From Eledone cirrhosa (lineage: Eukaryota): a stretch of 64,000 nucleotides of DNA. The notes beneath the pieces are model-generated. The model did no database searches. It worked only from the letters and a program-made list of their open reading frames with translations, and was not told the DNA's origin. The DNA lies in contig CAXHJY010000138.1 of assembly GCA_964016885.1 (NCBI GenBank), forward strand, positions 174-64,173. The letters run 5' to 3'. Position 1 is the first letter of the stretch; each line of letters starts with the position of its first letter. A program made the position numbers and the translations under genes. Positions 29,381 through 40,137 of this stretch are shown here, one piece after another.

Positions 29381-32300
29381 TTTCTTTTATTTGCCACTAG
29401 GGCATCAAAAGTGGGACAAGTACAAAGGGGGGAGTTTACACAAAAAGGCGTCCTCAATAAGGAGGAGGCAATAACAAAATATAAAAATAAAATAAGATAT
29501 AACAAAAAATAAAATTTTTAACAAAATCCTCAATAGAGAGGAGGCGCCTTGGGGGGTCGCACACACCCCCGAAAAAAGTGTGCAACCCTTCTCCTCAGGA
29601 GCACAGAGAAGGGGTGCTCCCTTGGTCTTTCATCTTCCTCACCTATAGTCTGATGTAGAGTGAAGGCCCATTCACACGGGCCATTCTCGCCACTTTCACC
29701 CATCTTTCATAGAAACGGCTGGGGTGCAGCACCTCTCTCTCCATCCTGATCCTTCTTCCGAAATGATATCGGAAGAAACGGACCAGTTGTTGGCCAGAGA
29801 GAAAGGTGCCCGACCTCAGTCCTTTCAGACGCGTCCACCATACAACCTCTTTCGCCATGGCTATTACGCACAGAAACACCGCCTCTGCTTCATCTTTGAA
29901 GGGGGGAGGCGGCTTGATCATTACAATAGACTCGGTGGTCAACCGGATCGGTCCCACCCTTGACAGCAGTTGTTCGACATAGCCCCACAGATCGGCTACG
30001 CCCGAGCAGTGTACTAATGCGTGTGCAACGGTTTCCTCGTCGCACACGCATCTGGGACAGATCTTTTTGGCGGGGTCCCTACCCGGGCGCCCGTGTCTGT
30101 AGAGCCTTTCTCGAACGGGTAAAGCCCCTCGGTAGCACTGCCAGGCCAGGGACTTCTGGAAGTTGTCCATAGGTCCCGGGCTGAATGTCCTACCGAAAAG
30201 GCTGGCCAGTTCGTCCTCCTCCATGTCTAGGGCTTCTCCGAGGGCGTCGTCGCACCTGCTGCGTACCAGCCCTCTATAGAATGTTGCGGTGGAGTCTCCA
30301 CTGATAACCGGATCCGCCTGCCAGAGGGCGGTGAGCGCCTGGGCACACTCAGTGTGCCAGGCGCCCAGTTTTCTCGGTCTTTGCTTGACCCAGGATTGCA
30401 GCTCGGTGAGTGAGACGAGTCTGGGAAAGGTTCGTCTCACAAACGAGGCCCACACCGGTTGTCCGGTGAGGAATACGTAGAGGTGCCGTAGCCTTAATGC
30501 GTGTTTACGCATCATTAGCCACGGCATCCCCAGCCCTCCTTTCGAAGGGTGTTGACAGCAGATGGATCTCCTCACCATAGGAGCCCGCCTCTTCCAAAGG
30601 AATTGGAAGAGCGCGCGCTCCATCTTGGTGAGGGTTTCCCTTGGGCAGGGCACTACGGTCAGGCGGTAGTAGATGACGGACGCTATGTAGGTGTTCGCCA
30701 CCTCCGCCCGACCTTTCAGGGATAGTTTGCAACTGGCCCACTTCTGGGTCAGTGCAAACACTCTGTTCGTAACCTCCGCCCAGTTTTTCTCCACCTGGAG
30801 GTCCGGTCCGAACCAGACCCCGAGCAACTTCACCGGGCCCTCCGTCCAGCGTCCGACGACGCTATCGGAGGGCATCGGTCTGCCCCTCCACGTGCCGAGT
30901 TGCAAACCGATCGACTTGTCCCGGTTCAGCTTAGCCCCTGTGAACTTTTCGTACTCCTCCAGTAAGGTGCCGACCGCCTCGATTTCGGAGGCCGTCGACA
31001 CCATTACTGTCACGTCATCGGCGTAGGCCGACACCGCTTTCCGCAATCCCGGTTCCAAAGGGATGCCCTGCAACAACTCCAACTTCCGCAGTAGTGGCTC
31101 GAGAGTCAATACATACAGAAGGGAGGAGAGAGGGCACCCTTGTCGGATGGACCGCGCGATTTTGAACGGCTCCGAGAGGTAGCCGTTCACCTTGACCCTA
31201 GAGCAGATGCGGCTGCTGTGCATAGCAGTGATCCAGCCCCTGAAAACGGGTCCGAAGCCTGCCGCCGCTAGCACCGCATCCAGGTAACCATGGTCGACCC
31301 TATCGAACGCCTTAGATTGATCCAAGTTGATCAGAGCCCCACCAAAGCCGGGTTCGTTCCCAACCCTCTCTATGATGTATCGCATGAGGTGGAGGTTGTC
31401 ATGGATGGACCTGGACGGGATAGCGCATGTCTGCGCATCTCCCACCAGGTTGCCCACGACAAGCGCCAACCTCTTTGCTAGCACCTTGGCCAAAATCTGT
31501 AACTCTGTATTTAGCAGTGTTATGGGCCTGAAGTTACTTATTTCGTCCCCCTTGTTCTCGTCCTTCCTCACTAGCGTGACTACGCCCTTGGTCACAGTAC
31601 AGGGAATTCTCCCGTTCTGTTGCCAGTTGCAGTAGACCGCCTCGAGGAGATCGGGGAACAAGTCCGGCATAGCTAGATATAATTCGTAAGGAAGACCATC
31701 GAGACCCGGGGATTTGCGTTTGCCGCATTGGCTCAGCACGTCCTCTATCTCAGCGGCCGAAATCGGCTCCTCGCAGGACTTCGCCTCCCTGTCCGAGAGG
31801 CGCGGCAGGCCGTCGAGGTATGGACCGAAGTCCACGTTCCCAACCGGCTCCCCGCCCCTCCCGAACAGTCGGGCAAAGTGCCTTTGAAAGGCCTCACACA
31901 TCTGCTTAGGCTCAAGAATCGCCCGTCCATCCAGGTCTCGCAAAGACCGGATGGTGGATTTAGTTCCACTGTTGGCCTCTGTCACGCGGGCCCAGCTAAC
32001 AGCTTTGGTCCCCTCGTTCCCTAGAGCACGTATTTTACTTCGGACAACGCAGCCTTCGTGCTTCGCGTCGAAAAACTGGCTCAAAGCCGTTCTCGACGCT
32101 AGCACTCTGGCCACGTCGCCGCTTCTAATTGCCTCTTCTACTCTATCTATTAGCTCCCTTTCCTTCCTATTCCTATCCGCAGCTAGAACCTTACTAAATT
32201 CTATCGAGACTACTCTAATCTCTCTCTTTAGAGATACCCACCACCTGCTGTTGACGATCGCTCCAGTCAACCGTTCCTTAACTAACGTACTAATCCGATT

Positions 32301-33327
32301 CCTGTAGGCTCTACTTGCCGGCAAGGACAAGTTGAGCTTCCAGTAACCGGGGCCCTGTCTATGAGTTCTGTCAAGGTTGACCATGCAGGTCACTAATTTG
32401 TGGTCTGAATAGCCAACAATGCGCATTTTTGGACAACTTAAAAAGTCCTTATCCTTAATTCTAACTAAGAACCTATCTAGGTACGACCTAGATGATCCGC
32501 TACGATTTGCCCAAGTCCAGGTTGGCGCAGTCGGAAAATCTAGTCGATATCTATCGGCCAGGTCAAATCGACCGATTAACCCTTTGAGGCTATTACACCC
32601 CTCTCTATCGGGGCAGGCCCCTACGTAGTCCCAGCGTGCATCTAGGATACCATTCCAGTCCCCCACTAATAGCAAGGAGCGGGACGTCCCTAGAAAAGTC
32701 TCCAGACGATGGAAGAAGTCCGGCCGCATTGACCCGAAAGGGCCGTAGGCGGCTACCAACCTAAACGCTCCGCCTTTACCACTGCCAAGGTCCAGAACCA
32801 CTAGTCGACCCTCCGGGTCCAAATGTACCATCTGTGTTGCGAGACCCAGATGTTTTTGCAGCAGAACGACAACTCCACCCCCACCTCCAGGCTGACAGAG
32901 AGATGCGTGCATCTCAAAGTCATCAAAGGTGGGGGCCAGCTGTCGCACGTTGCTGATCCGGGCCTCGCAAATAACCATCACATCTATACGTTGTGACCTG
33001 AGGTCATTTAGAAGCATTGCTTGCTTCCAAGTTGAGCCCAGGCCACGCGCATTTAAACAGCCTACTCTTAGCATAGCCATGTTGGTGGTGAAGAGAAAAG
33101 GCACTTACCTCTCTGCGTCCCGGGTATCGGGCTGCACAATTTCCATTAGGGTGGGGGATGGGTTGTTGGGTGGGGTGGTGGTTTGTGGAAGTGTGGGGGC
33201 ATCAGTGGGTTGTGTGGTTGGGGAGCTTGGAGTTGTGAGGGTGTTTGGGGAGGGGGTGGGATAGTTTTTTAGGAGGACTCGGTTAATGGGCCCGACGCAG
33301 GGGGGACCCACGTCCTCTTTAAAATTG
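29381..33327 (-). mobile_element. Tx1-clade LINE copy B (ORF1 3' stub plus intact ORF2), 5'-truncated at (GATA)n
   Basis: Bounded by (GATA)n at 29359-29378 and 33329-33399. The ORF1 stub 33105-33311 matches the C-terminus of copy C ORF1 (PPC..P.NRVLLK). Confidence 0.93.
29643..33080 (-). CDS. Tx1/L1-clade ORF2: APE endonuclease, reverse transcriptase, zf-RVT (CCHC)
   Basis: LNARGL..GDWN..SYLDRF..SDH (APE); KSPGLDGL..FRPITLLN..DQSKAFDRV..RQGCPLS..YADD (RT); CPRC..ETVAHALVHC. ATG at 33080. Confidence 0.95.
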   Translation of the reverse strand: MAMLRVGCLNARGLGSTWKQAMLLNDLRSQRIDVMVICEARISNVRQLAPTFDDFEMHASLCQPGGGGGVVVLLQKHLGLATQMVHLDPEGRLVVLDLGSGKGGAFRLVAAYGPFGSMRPDFFHRLETFLGTSRSLLLVGDWNGILDARWDYVGACPDREGCNSLKGLIGRFDLADRYRLDFPTAPTWTWANRSGSSRSYLDRFLVRIKDKDFLSCPKMRIVGYSDHKLVTCMVNLDRTHRQGPGYWKLNLSLPASRAYRNRISTLVKERLTGAIVNSRWWVSLKREIRVVSIEFSKVLAADRNRKERELIDRVEEAIRSGDVARVLASRTALSQFFDAKHEGCVVRSKIRALGNEGTKAVSWARVTEANSGTKSTIRSLRDLDGRAILEPKQMCEAFQRHFARLFGRGGEPVGNVDFGPYLDGLPRLSDREAKSCEEPISAAEIEDVLSQCGKRKSPGLDGLPYELYLAMPDLFPDLLEAVYCNWQQNGRIPCTVTKGVVTLVRKDENKGDEISNFRPITLLNTELQILAKVLAKRLALVVGNLVGDAQTCAIPSRSIHDNLHLMRYIIERVGNEPGFGGALINLDQSKAFDRVDHGYLDAVLAAAGFGPVFRGWITAMHSSRICSRVKVNGYLSEPFKIARSIRQGCPLSSLLYVLTLEPLLRKLELLQGIPLEPGLRKAVSAYADDVTVMVSTASEIEAVGTLLEEYEKFTGAKLNRDKSIGLQLGTWRGRPMPSDSVVGRWTEGPVKLLGVWFGPDLQVEKNWAEVTNRVFALTQKWASCKLSLKGRAEVANTYIASVIYYRLTVVPCPRETLTKMERALFQFLWKRRAPMVRRSICCQHPSKGGLGMPWLMMRKHALRLRHLYVFLTGQPVWASFVRRTFPRLVSLTELQSWVKQRPRKLGAWHTECAQALTALWQADPVISGDSTATFYRGLVRSRCDDALGEALDMEEDELASLFGRTFSPGPMDNFQKSLAWQCYRGALPVRERLYRHGRPGRDPAKKICPRCVCDEETVAHALVHCSGVADLWGYVEQLLSRVGPIRLTTESIVMIKPPPPFKDEAEAVFLCVIAMAKEVVWWTRLKGLRSGTFLSGQQLVRFFRYHFGRRIRMEREVLHPSRFYERWVKVARMARVNGPSLYIRL

Positions 33328-33328
33328 T

Positions 33329-33400
<72 letters not shown>

Positions 33401-33631
33401 ATTTCTATTTATTTGCCACGAGGGCACAAAAGAAGGGGACATTTACACAGTGGGGGAGTTTACATAAATCGAGTAAAGAAAAAAGGAATAACAATAATAA
33501 TATAACAATAAAAAGTCCTCAAAAGGGAGGGGGCGTGTTGGGGATTGCACATACCCCCGAAAAGTGTGCAACTCTTTTCGCGGGGGAAGCCCAGAGAGGA
33601 GGCGCTCCCCCTTTCCTCTTCACTTCTTCAC

Positions 33632-36600
33632 CTACAGAACAATGTAGAGAGAAGGCCCATTTACACGGGCCATTCTCGCTTCTTTCACCCACCTTTCATA
33701 AAACTGTCTGGGACCAAGCACTTCTCTCTCCATCCTGATTCTTCTTCCGAAGTGGTATCGGAAGAAGTAAACCAGGTGATGGCCGGAGAGAAAGTCACCC
33801 GACCTCAGACCTTTCAGGCGCGTCCACCACACAACCTCTTTCATCATGGCTATTACGCACAGAAAGACCGCCTCTGCTTCATTTCTGAAGGGAGGAGGCG
33901 GCTTGATGTTCACCACAGACTCGGCGGTTAATCGAATCGGCGCCACACGCGACAGCAGTCGTTCGACGTAGCCCCACAGATCGGCAACGCCCGGGCAGTG
34001 TACCAGTGCATGCGCAACGGTTTCCTCGTCGCGCACGCATCTGGGACAGATCTTTTTCGCGGGATCCCTGCCCGGGCGCCCGTGTCTGTAGAGCTTTTCT
34101 CGAACGGGCAGAGCCCCCCGGTAACACTGCCAGGCTAGGGACCTCTGGAAGTTGTCCATGGGTCCCGGGCCGAAAGTTCTACCGAACAGGCTGGCCAGTT
34201 CGTCCTCCTCCATGCCTAGCGACTCTCCAAGGGTGTCGTCGCCCCTGCTAGCCACCAACCCTCTATAGAATGTCGAGGTGGATTCTCCACTGACAGTCGG
34301 GTCCGCTTGCCAGATAGCCGTGAGCGCCTGGGCACACTCAGTGTGCCAGTTGCCCAGTTTTCTCGGTCTTTGCTTCACCCAGGATTGCAGTTCGGTGAGC
34401 GAGACGAGCTGTGGGAAGGCTCGCCTCACAAACGGGGCCCACACCGGCTGACCGTTGAGGAATACCTGTAGATGCCGTAGCCTCAATGCGTGCCTACGCA
34501 TCAACAGCCACGGCATACCCAGCCCTCCTTTCGAAGGGTGCTGGCAGCAGATGGATCTCCTCACCATGGGAGGCCGCTTCTTCCAGAGGAACTGGAAGAG
34601 CATGCGTTCCATGATGGTGAGCTTTTCCTTGGGGCAAGGCACGACGGTCAGGCGGTAGTAGATGACGGACGCTATGTAAGCGTTCGTCACCTCCGCCCGA
34701 CCTTTCAGTGATAGTTTGCACTTGGCCCACTTCTGGGTCAGCGCAAACACCCTGCTCGTCACCTCGCCCCAATTCTTCTCCACCTGGAGGTCCGGTCCGA
34801 ACCAGACCCCGAGCAGCTTCACCGGGCCCTCCGTCCACCGCCCGACGACACCGTCCAACGGCATCGGTTTGCCCCTCCACGTTCCGAGTTGCAAACCGAC
34901 CGACTTGTCCTGGTTCAGCTTAGCCCCCGTCAGCCTTTCGTATTCCTCCAGTAGGGTGGCGATCGCCCCGATTTCCGAGGCGTCCGCCACCATTACTGTT
35001 ACGTCGTCGGCATAGGCCGAGACCGCTTTGTGCAATCCCGGTTCCAGGGGTATGCCCCGCAGCAACTCCAACTTCCGCAGCAGTGGCTCGAGAGTCAATA
35101 CGTACAGAAGGGAGGAGAGGGGGCACCCCTGTCTGATGGATCGGGTGATTTGAAACGGCTCCGAGAGGTAGCCGTTTACTTTAATCCTAGAGTAGATGTT
35201 GCCACTGTGCATGGCAGAAATCCAGCCCCTGAAAACGGGTCCGAAGCCCGCCGCCGCTAGCACCGCATCCAGGTAACCATGGTCGACCCTATCGAACGCC
35301 TTAGATTGATCCAAGTTGATCAGGGCCCCACCAAAGCCGGGTTCGTAGCCAACCCTCTCTATGATGTATCGCATGAGGTGGAGGTTGTCGTGAATGGACC
35401 TGGACGGGATAGCGCATGTCTGCGCGTCTCCCACCAAACCACCCACCACAAGCGCCAACCTCTTCGTCAACACCTTGGCCAAAATCTGTAACTCTGCATT
35501 CAGCAGAGTTATGGGCCTAAAGTTACTTAAGTCGTCCCCCTTGCTCTCGTCCTTCCTCACTAGCGTGACCACGCCCTTGGTCACAGAACAGGGAATTCTC
35601 CCGTTCTGTTGCCAGTTGCAATAGACAGCCTCGAGGAGTTCGGAGAACAAGACCGGCATAGCTAAATAAAGTTCGTATGGTAGACCATCGAGACCCGGGG
35701 ATTTGCGTCTGCTGCATTGGCTGAGCGCTTCCCCGATTTCAGTGGCTGTGATTGGCCCTTCGCAGCACTCCGCTTCGCCGCTCGAAAGACGCGGTAGACC
35801 GTCGAGGTATGGACCGAAGTCCACATCCCCGTCCGGCCCCCCGCCACCTCCGAACAGTCGAGCAAAGTGCCTTTGAAAGGTCTCGCACATTCGCTCAGGT
35901 TCAAGGATCACCCGTCCATCCTGGTCTCGCAAAGACCGAATGGTGGATTTAATCCCACTCTTGGCTTCTGTCACGCGGGCCCAGCTAACAGCTTTGGTCC
36001 CCTCGTTTCCTAAAGCACGTATTTTACTTCGGACAACGCAGCCTTCGTGCTTCGCGTCAAAGAACTGGCTCAATGCCGTTCTCGTCGCTAACACTCTGGC
36101 TACGTCTCCGCTCCTAATCGCCTCTTCTAGTTTATCTGTTAACTCCCTTTCCCTCCTATTTCTATTCGCCGCTAGTTCCTTACTGTAACCTATCGAACTT
36201 ACTCTAATCTCTCTCTTTAGAGATACCCACCACCTGCTGTTGACGATCGCTCCCGTCAACCGCATCTTAACTAAGCTACTAATCCGGTTTCTGTAATCTT
36301 TCTTTGTCGGTAAGGACAAGTTCATCTTCCAGTAACCGGGACCCTGTCTATGCGTTCTATCAAGGTTGACCACGCAGGTCACTAATTTGTGATCTGAATA
36401 GCCAACCATGATCAGTTCTGGACAACTAAATACGTCCCTATCCTTACTCCTAACCAAAAACCTATCTAGGTACGATCTAGATTGTCCACTGCGGTTTGCC
36501 CAGGTCCAGGTTGGCGCAGTTGGACAATCTAGTCGAAATCTATCGACCAGGTCGAATCGATCGAGTAACCCCTTGAGGCTGCTACACCCCCCTCTATCGG

Positions 36601-37060
36601 GACATGCCCCTGCATAGTCCCAACGCGCATCTAGGATTCCATTCCAGTCCCCCACTAAAAGCAGGGAACGCGACGTTCCTAGAAAAGTCTCCAGACGTTG
36701 GAAGAAGTCGGCTCTCTCCGCCCCGAAGGGAGCATAAAGACCGACCAGTCTGAAAGCCCCGCCTTCACCACCTCCGACGTCCAGCACCAGTAATCGACCC
36801 CCCGGGTCCGAGTGAACAATCTGTACGTCGAGAGTCAGACGTTTATCCAGCAGTACGGCAACTCCCCCCCCGCCTCCGGGTTGACAGAGAGATGCGTGCA
36901 TCTCAAAGTCATCGAAGGCGGGCGCCAGCTGTCTCACGCTGCTGATCCGACTCTCGCAAACAACCATCACATCTATACTTTGTGACCTGAGGTCACTTAG
37001 AAGCTTTGCTTGCTTCCAAGCTGAGCTCAGGCCACGCGCGTTCAAACAGCCAACTCTCAA
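33632..37060 (-). CDS. Tx1/L1-clade ORF2 (APE-RT-zf); no ATG at the homologous start
   Basis: 1142-aa open frame with the same motifs as copy B ORF2. Confidence 0.93.
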   Translation of the reverse strand: MRVGCLNARGLSSAWKQAKLLSDLRSQSIDVMVVCESRISSVRQLAPAFDDFEMHASLCQPGGGGGVAVLLDKRLTLDVQIVHSDPGGRLLVLDVGGGEGGAFRLVGLYAPFGAERADFFQRLETFLGTSRSLLLVGDWNGILDARWDYAGACPDRGGCSSLKGLLDRFDLVDRFRLDCPTAPTWTWANRSGQSRSYLDRFLVRSKDRDVFSCPELIMVGYSDHKLVTCVVNLDRTHRQGPGYWKMNLSLPTKKDYRNRISSLVKMRLTGAIVNSRWWVSLKREIRVSSIGYSKELAANRNRRERELTDKLEEAIRSGDVARVLATRTALSQFFDAKHEGCVVRSKIRALGNEGTKAVSWARVTEAKSGIKSTIRSLRDQDGRVILEPERMCETFQRHFARLFGGGGGPDGDVDFGPYLDGLPRLSSGEAECCEGPITATEIGEALSQCSRRKSPGLDGLPYELYLAMPVLFSELLEAVYCNWQQNGRIPCSVTKGVVTLVRKDESKGDDLSNFRPITLLNAELQILAKVLTKRLALVVGGLVGDAQTCAIPSRSIHDNLHLMRYIIERVGYEPGFGGALINLDQSKAFDRVDHGYLDAVLAAAGFGPVFRGWISAMHSGNIYSRIKVNGYLSEPFQITRSIRQGCPLSSLLYVLTLEPLLRKLELLRGIPLEPGLHKAVSAYADDVTVMVADASEIGAIATLLEEYERLTGAKLNQDKSVGLQLGTWRGKPMPLDGVVGRWTEGPVKLLGVWFGPDLQVEKNWGEVTSRVFALTQKWAKCKLSLKGRAEVTNAYIASVIYYRLTVVPCPKEKLTIMERMLFQFLWKKRPPMVRRSICCQHPSKGGLGMPWLLMRRHALRLRHLQVFLNGQPVWAPFVRRAFPQLVSLTELQSWVKQRPRKLGNWHTECAQALTAIWQADPTVSGESTSTFYRGLVASRGDDTLGESLGMEEDELASLFGRTFGPGPMDNFQRSLAWQCYRGALPVREKLYRHGRPGRDPAKKICPRCVRDEETVAHALVHCPGVADLWGYVERLLSRVAPIRLTAESVVNIKPPPPFRNEAEAVFLCVIAMMKEVVWWTRLKGLRSGDFLSGHHLVYFFRYHFGRRIRMEREVLGPRQFYERWVKEARMARVNGPSLYIVL

Positions 37061-37065
37061 TTGAT

Positions 37066-38928
37066 CTATTTTGGTGTTGAAAGTGAAGAAAGAAAAGCAC
37101 TTACCTCTCCGGGTTGCGTAATTTCCATGGCATCAGGTGTGTTGGGTGGAGGGATGTTTTGTGGTGGTGTGGGGGTACACGTGTGTGGTGGGGTTGGGGT
37201 ATTTGGAGTTGTGTCAGGGAGAGGGGCGGTTATGGGGAAATCTTTCAAGAGGACGCGATTCAACGGTTTTAAACAGGGGGGGCTCACGTCCCGTCTAAAT
37301 TGTTCTTTTAAGGAACGATAAAGGTCCAGAGGGACCTTTATCATTTTTAAATGGGTGAAGTTCTCTGTTGAGATAAAGTTTGGCCCTTCGGTCTGCACCA
37401 TAGGGTTATTGTTTATTAATTTAACCAGTTTTTTGTTTTCTTTATTTATATATGTGTATTGCAACGTCTTTTTTTGTGATGCTGTCAATGTTTCGGAGAG
37501 GGGAGGCGCAGATTTATTTTTGTTTGTTGAGGGTGGGGTGTTTTTGATTGGAGTTGGTGTTTGTGTGTGGGTTATTTGTGGTGTGCTGGGTGTGTGTTTT
37601 CTTTTTTTTCTTTTAACTTGTCTGAAGGCTTCTCCTCCTTCTTCTTCAGAAGTTGGGGGAAACTCTTCAGCGCTAGGTGGGAGGGACGTGTTGTGTGGTT
37701 GTTTTTTTTTTGCGGGAGGGGTAGATTTGTTACTGTTTTTTTTATTATTTGTTTGGAATGGGTTTTGTGGTGGTGGTGGTGGTAATGTTTGTGTCGTGCT
37801 TGTGGTTGGTAATGGTGGTGGTGATGTTTGTGTTGTGGTTGGTGGTGGTGATTTTTGTGTCGTGCTTGTGTTTGGTGCTGGTGGTGGTGATGTTTGTGTT
37901 GTGTTTGTGGTTGGTGGTGTCTGTATTTTGTTTGCTGTGTGTGGTATTAGTGTATTTTTGGAGGTGGGTGGTGCTGGTGTACTGTTTGTGGTGGGTGTGG
38001 GCAATAGTCCTTTTTGGGGGATACGTTTCGGGCAGTTAGCCTTAACGTGTCCCCTTTCCATGCATAAATAGCATGCTGGTCTTCTCCCCTCTACAATTAT
38101 GTCTATTGGGGTAAGGTCATCCAGCCAGATGCGATCCGGGATTTGTGCTATTCTTTCGGGCCTCATTTGGACTAGTATGTCGAGGCCCATTCCCAGGAAC
38201 GCATCTCCAGTTGCCTTCCCCATTGACAGCATAGTGTCTTCGCCCATATCAATGAAGCCAGCAATAGCCCACCAGAAGTCCATTGTGGGCAGCATTGTTT
38301 TTACTTTTATTCTCTGAGTTCTTCTACCCATGTAGGAGGGATAGAAGCTATATGTTGTCGGCGAGAGTGGGCTTAGGGAAAGCTGAACCGCCGTTTCTTT
38401 GTCTCTTGTTAGGACCGAAATGCTGCCATAGAGTCGGTCCTTTCGTATGAAGAGAATATTCTTCATATAGTCTTTTAGGACTAACTCTATTTCCATTTGG
38501 CTGGGCTGTGCTGGCTTTCTTGACTGGTTTAGTATAGTTCTGTATATAACTGTGTTTTCTGCTCTGGCTTTCTTGAATTCTGGGGGGGAGTTAATGGAAA
38601 ACATTCCGTTTTCCCCCAAAACAATATGTTTCTTTGCTTCGGCCAGTTTTTCTCTGGCGGCAGTTAGGTCAATTGGTGTGTATGTAATGGATTGCTTTGT
38701 TTTCTGGGCGAAAGTTGCCCTGTCGTTATTTGTATTATTTTCTGTTTGTTTGTTTTCTGTTTGCTTATTTTCCTTAACATTTGTTTTTTCATTTTGTTTG
38801 TTTGTTTCAATGTCTAATTTTGTTGTAATTATTTTTTGTTCTTCAGACTTGGGGGGCGTGGCAGAGCTAATGGCAGACATGTCTGCCATCTTTTCCGCCA
38901 TGCTGCCAAGAAAGAAATTTTTCGGCAA
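37066..38928 (-). CDS. Tx1-type ORF1 (gag-like nucleic-acid chaperone) with zinc knuckle and Pro/Thr-rich linker
   Basis: CYLCMERGHVKANC (CX2CX4HX4C); basic KRKKRK motif; located upstream of ORF2. True start probably an ATG near 38901. Confidence 0.88.
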   Translation of the reverse strand: MPKNFFLGSMAEKMADMSAISSATPPKSEEQKIITTKLDIETNKQNEKTNVKENKQTENKQTENNTNNDRATFAQKTKQSITYTPIDLTAAREKLAEAKKHIVLGENGMFSINSPPEFKKARAENTVIYRTILNQSRKPAQPSQMEIELVLKDYMKNILFIRKDRLYGSISVLTRDKETAVQLSLSPLSPTTYSFYPSYMGRRTQRIKVKTMLPTMDFWWAIAGFIDMGEDTMLSMGKATGDAFLGMGLDILVQMRPERIAQIPDRIWLDDLTPIDIIVEGRRPACYLCMERGHVKANCPKRIPQKGLLPTPTTNSTPAPPTSKNTLIPHTANKIQTPPTTNTTQTSPPPAPNTSTTQKSPPPTTTQTSPPPLPTTSTTQTLPPPPPQNPFQTNNKKNSNKSTPPAKKKQPHNTSLPPSAEEFPPTSEEEGGEAFRQVKRKKRKHTPSTPQITHTQTPTPIKNTPPSTNKNKSAPPLSETLTASQKKTLQYTYINKENKKLVKLINNNPMVQTEGPNFISTENFTHLKMIKVPLDLYRSLKEQFRRDVSPPCLKPLNRVLLKDFPITAPLPDTTPNTPTPPHTCTPTPPQNIPPPNTPDAMEITQPGEVSAFLSSLSTPK

Positions 38929-39102
38929 AAATAGATATTTATTTTACCCCCTAAAAAGGGGGTAAATGCAAAAATGTTTCCCTAAATAACAGGGGTTAGT
39001 GTTCCAAATGTGTTGCACTAAAAAATTTATCCGGTACTTACAATAGCAAGGGTAAATCCCGATGGAATAGCGGAGCCGATGCGAAGCGTGTCTTACTCTA
39101 TC

Positions 39103-39144
<42 letters not shown>

Positions 39145-40137
39145 TGTAGATATATAGATATGTTTCTTTATGTAGATATCTAGATATATAGATAGATAGA
39201 TATAGATGTGTGTATATGTGGGCCTAGATAATTTATGTTCGAATACGTATGAATGATTGTTGTATGTCGTAAACTGTGCTCAAGTCGACGAGATGTGATC
39301 CGTTACTGATTTAAAATAGGCTTCAAGGGAAACCGTTAGAGAAATCCCTAATTGCCCTGTACTTATAAAAAGAATGGTAGCTTGTTCTGTATTACGTAGT
39401 TGTTCCCATGAATACGGGAGAAATAGGAAAATCGATTCATAATTTGATAATTGACTTGACGTGTTCTTAATAGAAAGACCCCGTTTCCGCCAACGACTTT
39501 TGTAAAGCTATTTCGTGTGTTATATATATTGCTAGTGTGGATATTCGGTATCAGTGGAGGAGAAGTTGTATGAAAGGGAGGGAGATGATGATTCACCACT
39601 ATCACTGAAGCATGACTGAAATTCTTTGAACAATATTATGCTATTGAAATCTGTAGAATTTACAGTGCTTAATGTTGCGTCACTCGGATATTTATTTATT
39701 TATATATTTATTTCGGGTTATTTATTTGCTTCTTCTTTGCCATGTTTGTTCAGAATCATTGCACATAAATCTTCCAGACTATACACATTATAAAGACATA
39801 TCTATCTATGTATGTTGAAACAAACAGTCAGATATACACACTACATATATTCTATACAATTGTAAATTACACATGCACATATATAGACACATGTGGTTAT
39901 ATAATTATTCAAAAAATACACGTTGATATATTTATCTAGTTGTGAGGTTACGTAGGAGTTACACGAAACTTGCTTGAATAAATGATCAGCCGAGCATTAT
40001 GTGCCTGCATATAACCTAGTTCAATTCAAATTTCTTTCATTTGTCCTCTGTCCAGGGTATTGCTTGTTTTATGAAAAATAACGTGGTCAGAAATATGTAT
40101 ACGTCACTGAGTATCACTAGTATAATATATATATATG

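Larger units (their letters stand above)
33401..39104 (-). mobile_element. Tx1-clade LINE copy C, apparently full length (~5.7 kb), different subfamily from A/B
   Basis: 5' UTR, ORF1, ORF2, 3' UTR with AATAAA; flanked by (GATA)n on both sides (33329-33399, 39104-39143). Confidence 0.93.

Noticed and set aside
28391-30352. LTR pair suggested by the ~970-bp direct repeat
   Set aside because: The repeat is the coding 3' end of a non-LTR element with a GATA junction; no TG..CA, PBS or integrase. The small differences between copies argue against a pure assembly duplication.
29724-38965. Many short plus-strand ORFs within the Tx1 copies
   Set aside because: Antisense shadows of GC-rich ORF1/ORF2.
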